From Candidatus Poribacteria bacterium (GTDB lineage Bacteria > Poribacteria > WGA-4E > B28-G17): a stretch of 64,000 nucleotides of DNA. The stretch is from NCBI GenBank assembly GCA_021162805.1, contig JAGGXZ010000182.1, forward strand, positions 17,009 through 81,008, in the 5' to 3' direction. The notes below the pieces were generated by a model that had not been told where the DNA came from, searched no databases, and saw only the letters and a list, made by a program, of their open reading frames with translations. A program made the translations under genes and the position numbers. Below are positions 37,001 through 44,270 of the stretch, piece by piece. Positions within the stretch are counted from its first letter, which is position 1. Each line of letters opens with the position of its first letter.

Positions 37001-40000
37001 CGGCCTCCCTCAGGATCTCAATCGACACCGATCCGCCCGAGCCGGTCCAGGGGGTCACTGCTGCCGATAAGCCTCTCGATGAAGGATTCACCCTGATTCT
37101 ATCCTGGGATCGATCGGATGAGCCTGACTTCTACGCATACAGGATCTATCGTTCGCCCACGCCCATCCTCTCGACGGAGGAACTTAAGCCGATCCTCGAG
37201 CTCAGATCGGCGGATATCACCCGAACCGAGGTGAATGTGCCGGAGAACGATTCGGACTACTACTTCGCCGTGACGGCGGTGGATGAGGCCGGCAACGAAT
37301 CGAAGCTGTCGCTTAAGTCGGGGGGCTCCATCTTCGGCCCCATCAGAGCCCTGGATAACCTCCCCCCGCCTCCCGTCACGGGCGTTCGGGCCGAGGATCG
37401 GCCGAGCGATCTGGGAGGTGTGATCGTCCTCAGATGGGATGGGCCCTCCCCGGCGGAGGACTTCAGCCGGTATAACCTCTACGTCTCAAGAGAGCCGATC
37501 GCCTCTACGGAAGGGCTCAACCCGATAAAAGTCCCCGATCGGAACGTCACGGCCTATGAGGTGCAGACGGCGGACGGGGTGGATTACTATTTCGCCGTGA
37601 CGGCGGTGGACAGATCGGGCAATGAGTCCCCCTTAGCTACGACGTCCGTCTTCGGACCGGTTCAATCCATCCCGAACATACCTCAGGGTGAGCCCGTGCC
37701 CGGCCGGATCGTCGCCGCTCCGCTGGGATTATCGCTCTCCGACGCTGTGATATTTCATCTTTCCCGGTGGGTTCCCTCGCCCGAGCCGAAACCCATCCCC
37801 GGATACCTGTATCGATTGGATGACGGATCATATGAGCTTTCCGCGAGCAGCCATATCGCCTTTTTCGGGCTCGCCGACGGGGGACATGTCTTTTGGGCGA
37901 AACCGGCGGATCGCCCCGACACGCAGCCGATCAAATGGGAGTTCAACGTGTTGAGAAGTCCCGTGAGGGAATCCGAGCCGAACGACACACCTGAAACGGC
38001 GTTCCGCCTGAGCTCCGGCCAGCCGGTTGTGGGAACCAACTCCGATGACGGCGATGTGGACTGGTTCTCGATACAGATCGACTCACCGGGGATGCTCGAT
38101 ATTACCTTCGGAAGGGAGAAGGGGATCGGGCGGAGCACGATCTCGATTTTCCATGGGTTGGAGACGGCCAAGGCGATCGATGAGTTCACCGTGGACCCCT
38201 CCACAGGCGGCAGAGGCCACTCGAGCGTAGGGGTCTCGCCCGGGCGGTATCTGGTAAGGGTTATCTCTAAGTCGGAAAACCCCGCGGCGGAGTATCGCAT
38301 CTGCGCTGTCTATCGCGAGCTCAAGCCGATCTACGCCTGGGAGGTCGAGCCCAACGACGAGTGGATGGCCGCGAACGCGGTTCGGATCGATAACGCCCTG
38401 GAGTTGATCGGCGAGGGAGGAGGAGGTGATAAGGACTGGTTCACCTTCACGGAGACCGTTGAAGGCGAGATGCTGGAGCTGAAGCTCATACGATCGGGCG
38501 GAAAAAGCACGATCAGGCTGATCACATTTTACGGATCGCCCTCCGAAGGCGGGGTTCAGGTGGACGAGCTGAGTCTGGATTCCGATCATGCGGAGGCCGA
38601 AAGCTGGGTGGGATTAAAAGCGGGAAAGTATTACATGCTTATAGAGAGTCCCGATAAACCTCCCCGATTTGAATACTCGCTTCTCCTGATCAAGAGGAAA
38701 CCCGAGGGATCGATGGAGTTCGAGCCGAACGATAAGCCCGATATGGCTTCCGGTATATCGGTTGACGACGTAATATCCTGCAGAACCTTCTCGAACGGGG
38801 ACGTCGATCTATACGCCCTTCAGGTCAAATCGCACGGATCGCTCGCCATCGGAATCGAGAGGGCGAACGCAGTGGGGAAAACGATAGCGGAGCTGAAACG
38901 GCTCGACGGCACGATGATCGCCTCGGCGAAGGCCGATCCCTCAAATGAGGGCCGGGCCTCCTTGAACGCGGAGGTCAACCCCGGAGGATATCTCCTGGCA
39001 GTCAGGACGGAGAACGAGAGGCCGGGCGATTATACGATCACGACCGCTCTGGTGAAATCCGCCTTGCATGATGCCCGAAAGCCGCTCGGCATCGGCGATA
39101 AACTGAACGTCCGGATCGAGTGGCTCCCCGAAAAAAGGGTCACGCTCACCCTGCCCAAGGTGATCAGGGACATCGAGATGAATGAGGAGGAGCCCGGGGT
39201 TTATACGGCGAGCTATACGGTGAAGGAGGGGGATACACTTTCCGATCAACCCTATGTGAGCCTCTTCCCTGACGTCTCGACCTCTGAAGCGGCGAGGCTT
39301 TTCCTCCAGCCTCAGATTCTGATAGACACGATGCCGCCCGGGATAGAGGAGATCTCCCATGACGGTCACGATCCGATTCCGCTCGGCGGAACGTTGCACG
39401 TTAAGCTCAAAGGCGAGCCCGGCTGCAAGCTCGCATATTTCGAGATCCGGAAAGGCGATTTCCTGAGAAGGGTCGAGATGGAGGAAAAGGAGAAGGGGGT
39501 TTATGAGGGCGAATACACCGTTGTCTCCGGGGATGACGTCCGGGGTGCCTCCGTGGTGGGGTATCTGGAGGATGAGGTCGGGAACGTCAGCAGCAGAGAG
39601 GCCTTCACGCCTGTGACCTTCGACACCTTACCTCCGGAGATCACCGATCTCTCAGTCCTTATCTCCAGGGGAGGAGGGGATTTCGTCCCTGTCGACGTGA
39701 CGTCCGACAGGGTTTTAGGAGAGAGCGATTCCCTCAAGGTCGTCATCAGATCTGAGCTCAACGCTAAAGCCGAATTCGAGATCGAAGGGTTCAAATCGGG
39801 GTTGAAGCTGAGAGATGACGGCGCTCAGGGGGATGAGGTGGCCGGTGACGGGATATACGCCGGAATCTACGTCGTCCATAGGGGCGACTCGATCGAAAAC
39901 ACCCCCATCAAGGTCATCGTCACCGATAAGGCCGGCAACTCACAGGAGTTATACGCGCCGGTTACGATCACCATAGATGCTGTCCCGCCTAAGATCCAGG

Positions 40001-42027
40001 AGGTGACCCATAACGGCGACAAACCCCTCAGGAGGGGCGATCTGCTTGTGGTGAAGCTGAAGGGCGAGCCCGGAAACAGGGCTTCGTTCAACATAAACAA
40101 CCGAAAGGATAAAAAGGGAAAGCTCGTGAAGATCCCGATGGCCGATGACGGCACGGGATATGACGAGACGGCGGGCGACGGCATATACACGGGCGTCTAT
40201 GAGGTCAGACCGGATGATAGCATATTGAACGGGTCTCTGATCGGCTTCCTGGCGGATGAGAACGGCAATGAGAGCTTCAAGTTCTCGCCCAAACCGCTGA
40301 CACTGGATTCCACCCTGCCTGAGCCGATCGAGGGGCTGACCGCTCAGGATAAGCCGGACGATGAGGGTTATGTGATAATCCTCTCGTGGCAGCCGAGCAA
40401 AGAGACCGATTTCGATCACTACAACGTCTATCGCGAGACGAAACGGATAAGCATAACAAGAGGGTTGATCCCCGTCCTGAGCAACCTCACCCTGCCGCAG
40501 ATGACCACGGCAGAGGTGCCGGTTCCGGCGAATAACACCGACTATTACTTCGCCGTCACCGTGGTGGATAAGGCCGGAAACGAGTCACTGATCCGGGACG
40601 GCTCCTGGGTCGGGCCCGTTCAGGCCTGGGATAACATCAAACCCGATCCGGTTACCAAGGTGACGGCGGAGGATTATCCGGATGATCAGGGGAAAGCACT
40701 GCTGGTGAAATGGGATACCCCTTCGGCCGCGGAGGATTTCGATCACTATAACATCTACGTATCGACGACGGAGATAAGGACGTTGAATGAGTTGAAACCC
40801 GCTGCGTCTGAACCCAATAGGGAGGCCTATTCCGTCAAGGTCGAGGTCGATGAGGATAACGTCCCGTATTATGTCGCTGTCACGGCGGTTGACAGGAACG
40901 GGAACGAGTCGGACCTCGACGCTCTTGGGAACTCAACCTGGGGGCCTGTTCAGTCCCTGGATAACATCCCACCTCAGCCTGTAACCGGAGTCTACGCCTA
41001 TGACACCCCCGGGGATGAGGGCGGAAGGATAACCGTGGTTTGGAGTCCGGAAAAGGACCTGAGCGTGATCGAGCACAGGATCTACATCTCCTCCGGACAG
41101 ATCACACCGGATGAGGATCTCTCGAAGCTGGAGTTCATCACCGTTCCCGTCCCAGCATTTGAACGGCAGGTTGACGTTCAGAGCGACACGGCGATCTACG
41201 TCGCCGTAACGGCCGTCGATTCGGGCGAAAATGAGTCGAAGCTCACCTCCGACTCAGTATGGGGGCCCGTATATGCCGTGTCGAACAGGGTGAAGGCGGA
41301 TAGGGAGACGGTTATCTATGCCGGATTCGATCCGAGAATACGGATCAAACTGCCCATCGGATCGGGCGAGGAGGGGAAACTGCTGGACATCCTGATACCG
41401 GAAGATCCCGAGATACTCAAGCGTATAGATGAGGCCAACAGGCTTTCGGCCCTGGATATCTCGCTCATAAACCCGGATTACGAGGAGGAACTTCAAAGTA
41501 CGGTCATCCAGGTCTCCTATACCGGCAGGAGGCTCTCCAAGCCGGCCGAGCTTACGCTATCGTATCCGGAGTTCACCGATAACGCCGGGGTGGAGAGGAG
41601 GGTGAGGATATTCAGGCTGAATCCGTCTTCGACGACGGGCGTCTGGGAGCTTCTTCCGGGCAGGCAGGTCGTCGATACGATCCGAAACACCGTGACCGCC
41701 TCCACGGATACCCTCTCGGCCTTCAGGGTGGCGGTTTTAAATCTGCCTCAGACTCTGGACAAGGTCAAGGTCTATCCCAACCCCTATATCTACGGTCGAT
41801 CTTCGAGCGGCAGGATCACCTTCGTGAATCTGCCTGAGAAGGCGACGATACAGATCTACACGCTGACGGGCGAGCTTGTAAGAACTATCCAGGTCGAGCC
41901 GATGGCCGGGAGGGCATCGTGGGATCTGAAAAACGAGGCGGGCAGACCGGTCGGAGGTGGGATATACGTCTATCTGGTTAAAGGTGAAACAGGTAAAGCC
42001 CGAGGGAGGATAGTCATATTGAAATAG
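31051..42027 (+). CDS. Giant (3658 aa) secreted repeat protein: PPC-like, Ig-like and FN3 repeats, DDG..GD..GDG.Y loops, T9SS-like CTD
   Basis: One uninterrupted ORF with RBS GAAGGAGG and a hydrophobic signal region. Repeated EPND..D.DWY/F, YYFAVTAVD.AGNES and H[DN]A..PL..GD.L.V units; C-terminal VYPNP...IYTLTGELV...WDLKNEAG...GIY. Confidence 0.88.
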   Translation: MERGNRRRGTGKRKQKRYLGLLPPDSSLRSICRAITLVTFLLITGFTAFGDSPDTYILPLSPPNVIGHSDVTIWWSGRPSDEAGLIGFYYSLDGSPFTFTDSNHVTLWNLTKGEHRLLVKSIDSTLRQDDQPAELSFRISPVVRGEPEVNDTPDLAVDLPLGVEMRGVSLLGGGDVDWYKVAFPQDATAATVTFRRDGGNSSTEISLYLNTPSEGNKAASFSVNVSNGERGSATVGISPDSTLFIKVAPSPDEKHPLYILSADYIPASPHGIWEVEDNSSPASATRLSLVEDRVTAIGMKNGDQDSSDWYKLHFDLTSPKLLRLNLSRLQAAGETSVQIFKGAIISDISQVSALSVSPLSNGWGSISFLVSFGDYYVRVSNDQEGVGNTYQITLTLGDLPPGSEYELEPNTVSPQENPDYVTPLGVEMGIYGYSWGDGDDDWFKFNLGRKGLLCLTLQRPEGIGQTELQLFNSNLIPISSFQISPSTSQRGSLPVPDADPGTYYVKIVPSGERETTRYRLNALLIGSIEHNAQEPLGLGDELRVAVNWTAGREVYLTLEGDFQDEEARKRFERMPLSEVSPGRYELSYVLREGDSVENARMLFTFKTPQGDEALYEYSERITLQAGKAIIDAKHDADHILKSGERLTVTLTSSITDGTASFDIVGGTKDPSPLLRGGIPLYGDGRGNYSGSYVVQEGDLVREGIVRVKLVDRFGTKYEFEIKEPVSIDAVKPSPPSELRGEDVPEDNGFQIQLSWSLSPDPDVSEYNVYISPIPITSLQALSPIARVKGRSCQVQVERNGVGYYFAVTAVDMAGNESDLSDGAITGPVQALDNLPPAAKSASHDVTGIVSTLNPVINVKLQSEPGITPLLTIPGLVRDLPLEEKKDGVYTISYSVPKGVELRDVLLSLKLKDKAGNESSIDVPPPITIDTKPPQIKSVKHDGTRLLVEGDELKITLEGEVGCQGWFDIEGLVKGIPLYDDGEHGDGAGGDGVYVGTYRVKTGDKAMEAAVVAHLKDKAGNESSMEAVRKVNLDTTPPSISKAKVEGESFKLGDVVKVELWGEAGCQGKFRIEGLGVEGKLYDDGEHGDGEANDGMYVGSWKVGRGIGGEDLSVIAILEKSNGKSVQIEAGSVKVDGVPPPEVEGVKVEDVPDDEGYRVRVSWQGVKVEDLKGYLVYLSSDSIGDLSTMSPIAETEKESVLLDVEENGRQYHFAVVAEDEAGNISALGAGSVTVGDALDNLAPPKPIDLKAEMVEGGRIYIGWEYPSLPADWAAFKVYISQNPNLSGGELVRITHNQVRSADLPADKDGDYYIGLSAEDISGNESEIIRIGPIRAGAISAMDERLISLPKGIIRGDGVLVWWRGWKNGGTKDFRYRLDGVEGEAEGPYLLIRSLTPGDHELEIELNGEVISREFRIEPMELKLDGKKETILPNAKLIGPGTCSLVLMRDATLNLVGENGGVEVKLYRDDDLLMEGQGAISLKAGIYRVETKGSVTIYQSPLAADADMEPNDEDGFPLHGDSIISGMIQRKGDVDLYRLRVEGGERLAVTLISWGNLQLGIRDERGTEVETDEDQDGGYRFYLSHPLSAGEYVIEVKGDAGAIYQIGLIILKGIGVDRRAMMKAGDLLRVTVDWATAGEIWGEVKGLIEPVRLSGSGGLMGMEYRIKDGDDLSDGRVRLEFNVSGEVIPFEIPGVRINVDTVPPRITRAQHDAVKPLKAGDKIGIEVGGESGCEGWFEITGIAEEIPLQEKEAGRYEGEYQVREGDNTSGSDVICYLRDGAGNETKAVVKGRSGEFDKVVIDTLPPRIDEVSYEGEGVLIEGQILKVIVKGEAGCQAWFDIGELRHDLPLEEKREGEYEGSYQVKMGDQALGVRIIAHLKDAAGNESVVESRDALDIDTIPPQIESVEHDATRTLRLGSVLTVRVKGTPGCDARFSIEGVVEDLPLGETGDGNYIGTYTVKEGDSADRAKVIVRLVKPNGKSASKSASLRISIDTDPPEPVQGVTAADKPLDEGFTLILSWDRSDEPDFYAYRIYRSPTPILSTEELKPILELRSADITRTEVNVPENDSDYYFAVTAVDEAGNESKLSLKSGGSIFGPIRALDNLPPPPVTGVRAEDRPSDLGGVIVLRWDGPSPAEDFSRYNLYVSREPIASTEGLNPIKVPDRNVTAYEVQTADGVDYYFAVTAVDRSGNESPLATTSVFGPVQSIPNIPQGEPVPGRIVAAPLGLSLSDAVIFHLSRWVPSPEPKPIPGYLYRLDDGSYELSASSHIAFFGLADGGHVFWAKPADRPDTQPIKWEFNVLRSPVRESEPNDTPETAFRLSSGQPVVGTNSDDGDVDWFSIQIDSPGMLDITFGREKGIGRSTISIFHGLETAKAIDEFTVDPSTGGRGHSSVGVSPGRYLVRVISKSENPAAEYRICAVYRELKPIYAWEVEPNDEWMAANAVRIDNALELIGEGGGGDKDWFTFTETVEGEMLELKLIRSGGKSTIRLITFYGSPSEGGVQVDELSLDSDHAEAESWVGLKAGKYYMLIESPDKPPRFEYSLLLIKRKPEGSMEFEPNDKPDMASGISVDDVISCRTFSNGDVDLYALQVKSHGSLAIGIERANAVGKTIAELKRLDGTMIASAKADPSNEGRASLNAEVNPGGYLLAVRTENERPGDYTITTALVKSALHDARKPLGIGDKLNVRIEWLPEKRVTLTLPKVIRDIEMNEEEPGVYTASYTVKEGDTLSDQPYVSLFPDVSTSEAARLFLQPQILIDTMPPGIEEISHDGHDPIPLGGTLHVKLKGEPGCKLAYFEIRKGDFLRRVEMEEKEKGVYEGEYTVVSGDDVRGASVVGYLEDEVGNVSSREAFTPVTFDTLPPEITDLSVLISRGGGDFVPVDVTSDRVLGESDSLKVVIRSELNAKAEFEIEGFKSGLKLRDDGAQGDEVAGDGIYAGIYVVHRGDSIENTPIKVIVTDKAGNSQELYAPVTITIDAVPPKIQEVTHNGDKPLRRGDLLVVKLKGEPGNRASFNINNRKDKKGKLVKIPMADDGTGYDETAGDGIYTGVYEVRPDDSILNGSLIGFLADENGNESFKFSPKPLTLDSTLPEPIEGLTAQDKPDDEGYVIILSWQPSKETDFDHYNVYRETKRISITRGLIPVLSNLTLPQMTTAEVPVPANNTDYYFAVTVVDKAGNESLIRDGSWVGPVQAWDNIKPDPVTKVTAEDYPDDQGKALLVKWDTPSAAEDFDHYNIYVSTTEIRTLNELKPAASEPNREAYSVKVEVDEDNVPYYVAVTAVDRNGNESDLDALGNSTWGPVQSLDNIPPQPVTGVYAYDTPGDEGGRITVVWSPEKDLSVIEHRIYISSGQITPDEDLSKLEFITVPVPAFERQVDVQSDTAIYVAVTAVDSGENESKLTSDSVWGPVYAVSNRVKADRETVIYAGFDPRIRIKLPIGSGEEGKLLDILIPEDPEILKRIDEANRLSALDISLINPDYEEELQSTVIQVSYTGRRLSKPAELTLSYPEFTDNAGVERRVRIFRLNPSSTTGVWELLPGRQVVDTIRNTVTASTDTLSAFRVAVLNLPQTLDKVKVYPNPYIYGRSSSGRITFVNLPEKATIQIYTLTGELVRTIQVEPMAGRASWDLKNEAGRPVGGGIYVYLVKGETGKARGRIVILK

Positions 42028-42035
42028 GGTGAAGG

Positions 42036-42788
42036 ATGAGATACCTGATAATGGGCGATATCCATGCCAATATGGAGGCCTTCGAAGCCGTCTTGAAAGA
42101 GGCTATGGGGTTTTCGCCCGATGTATGCCTTTTTCTAGGCGATGCCGTCGGATACGGTGCTGATCCGGATGAGGTCGTGATGAGGTTGCGGAGGTTGATC
42201 CCTCAATTTTCTAAATTCTTCGCCGTCAGGGGGAACCACGATAAGGTTGCATCCGGGGTGGAGGAGGGGTGGAGTTTCACCGAGCATGCCCGTAAGGCGG
42301 CGCTGTGGACGAGGGAACACCTCTCACCGACGAACAGGAGCTACCTGAGGAGGCTGCCTCAAGGCCCAGTGGGCGTCAATCCCTCCATACAGATCTGTCA
42401 CGGATCGCCGATGGACGAGGACCTTTACATACTCAATAACTTCAGAGCATTGAACATTCTGAGCTATGACGAACACAGGATCACCTTCTTCGGCCATACG
42501 CATGTGCCCGTCGTATACGAGCTTCTCGGCGACCACTTTCACGTCAACCTGCCCTCAGGCGATGAGAGCATATTCAAACTCCATCCCGAAGGCAGGTATC
42601 TGATCAATCCCGGATCGGTGGGCCAGCCGAGGGACTTCAATCCCAAGGCCAGCTTCGCGGTTTATGATGACGATGAGGAAACGATCACGATAAAGAGGGT
42701 GAGCTACGATATCGAAAGGGCGGCCGATAAGATCGTAAAGAGCAACCTGCCGGGCGTGAACGCCGAAAGGCTTTTCATCGGGAGGTGA
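42036..42788 (+). CDS. Calcineurin-like metallophosphoesterase
   Basis: DIHAN, GDAVGYG, GNHD, HGSP, GHTH and NPGSVGQPRD. Confidence 0.92.
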   Translation: MRYLIMGDIHANMEAFEAVLKEAMGFSPDVCLFLGDAVGYGADPDEVVMRLRRLIPQFSKFFAVRGNHDKVASGVEEGWSFTEHARKAALWTREHLSPTNRSYLRRLPQGPVGVNPSIQICHGSPMDEDLYILNNFRALNILSYDEHRITFFGHTHVPVVYELLGDHFHVNLPSGDESIFKLHPEGRYLINPGSVGQPRDFNPKASFAVYDDDEETITIKRVSYDIERAADKIVKSNLPGVNAERLFIGR

Positions 42789-42791
42789 AGG

Positions 42792-43805
42792 ATGAGGGCG
42801 ATAATCTTTCCCAGGCCGGGCGAGATCGAGCTTAAAGATGTGCCCGATCCCGTCCCCGCCCCGGATGAAGCGGTGATCAAGGTCAAGGCGTCCGGAATCT
42901 GTGCAACCGACATACATATCTGGTTCGGTGAGTTTATAGCCACCTACCCCGTTATTCCGGGCCATGAGTTTTCAGGCGAGGTGGTCGAGGTCGGCGATAA
43001 GGTGACGGCTTTCAAGGTGGGCGATAGGGTGGCCGTGGATCCTTGCATCTACTGCCATAGCTGCCCCGCATGCAGATCACATGCCGAAAACTTCTGCCAT
43101 AACTTCAAAGCCTATGGGCTTCAACTCAATGGCGGATTTGCCGAATATGTGGCCGTTAAGGAAAGCAACCTATACCGGATAGATGACCTCTCCTGGGAGG
43201 AGGGGGCGATGGTGGAGCCGCTGGGATGCGTGGTCCATGGGTTGAACCAGGTGGCGCCGATCAGGCCGGGCGGACACGGGTTGATCTTCGGAGCCGGACC
43301 CATCGGGCTTTTGAACATGCAGCTCTACATGCATAGCGGCCTGAGCACCGTTACGGTGGTGGATGTGATGAAACATAAGCTTAAAATAGCCTCTGATTTG
43401 GGAGCAACGCACGCCATCTTAGCCGATAATTCCCTCAACGAGAAGCTCAGAGAGATCCGCCCGGAGGGATTCGATCTGGTGATAGACGCTACGGGAAATC
43501 CGAAGGTCGTTCAATCGGCCTTCGATTACGTAGCCGATAGGGGCAAGATATTGATCTTCGGCGTCTGCCCACCTGACTCGAGAATCACCATCTCGCCGTA
43601 TGAGATCTATAAGAGAGAGCTTAAGATCTACGGGAGCTTCTCCCTGCTTTACACGGCCGCTCAATCGGTGGATCTTCTCAGATCGGGAAGGATCAAGGTT
43701 GAGCCTCTCATCTCCCACCGTTTCACGCTGGAGAGGTTCGTCGAGGCGTTCGAGTTAAAGAGAAATAATCCCAAACCGATGAAGGTTATGATAGTTGAAG
43801 CTTGA
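42792..43805 (+). CDS. Zn-dependent MDR alcohol/polyol dehydrogenase
   Basis: GIC.TD, GHEFSG, C..C..C.......C structural Zn site, EPL.C and GAGPIG. Confidence 0.92.
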   Translation: MRAIIFPRPGEIELKDVPDPVPAPDEAVIKVKASGICATDIHIWFGEFIATYPVIPGHEFSGEVVEVGDKVTAFKVGDRVAVDPCIYCHSCPACRSHAENFCHNFKAYGLQLNGGFAEYVAVKESNLYRIDDLSWEEGAMVEPLGCVVHGLNQVAPIRPGGHGLIFGAGPIGLLNMQLYMHSGLSTVTVVDVMKHKLKIASDLGATHAILADNSLNEKLREIRPEGFDLVIDATGNPKVVQSAFDYVADRGKILIFGVCPPDSRITISPYEIYKRELKIYGSFSLLYTAAQSVDLLRSGRIKVEPLISHRFTLERFVEAFELKRNNPKPMKVMIVEA

Positions 43806-43830
43806 CGTGAGCTGTATGATATTCTATATT
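43802..43830 (+). promoter_or_regulatory. Sigma70 promoter
   Basis: TTGACG-17 nt-TATATT upstream of the GGAGGTGA RBS of the 43860 ORF. Confidence 0.55.
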
Positions 43831-43859
43831 AAAGGCAGATAAACGCTGGAGGTGATCAG

Positions 43860-44096
43860 ATGAAGGGCGTTTACGCCGCTGCGGTGGTTCTGGCGATGTT
43901 GTTCGTCTCCCAGGTCTTTGCCGCTAACCTCTGGTATGACAACTTCAACGACAACAAGCTCGATCCCAAATACATCGTCAAGTATGATCCACAGGAGGCG
44001 GGTAACGGCGCCAAGCTTCCTCGGCAAACTTACCACCACCTGGGGCGCCATCAAATTCAAGCGCTCATATTATCGCTAAGTGTAGCAAAGATCTGA
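43860..44096 (+). pseudogene. Truncated secreted protein (signal peptide plus about 30 aa, then junk)
   Basis: Strong RBS, signal peptide ending VFA and mature start ANLWYDNFNDNKLD; composition changes abruptly after about 44015. Confidence 0.55.
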
Positions 44097-44128
44097 GAGG
44101 TTAGAAGTGCTTATTTCTCAGGATGAAA

Positions 44129-44249
44129 AGGAACGAGGAACTAGGAGCGAGGAACGAGGAAGCACCTTGATTTCGAATTGCGAATTTCGGATTTCGAAAT
44201 TCGAAATTTGCATACTTTCGTTCCTGGTTCCTTTCTCCTCGTTCCTCCT
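44129..44249. repeat. Nested heptamer-repeat palindrome
   Basis: Outer arms (AGGAACG)n 44129-44161 and (CGTTCCT)n 44219-44249 enclose an inner self-complementary (TTTCGAA)n tract at 44171-44212. Confidence 0.8.
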
Positions 44250-44270
44250 CATGGCCCTTAGGGAATCACT

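Noticed and set aside
44129..44249. CRISPR array
   Set aside because: Units are 7 nt with no unique spacers and no cas genes nearby.
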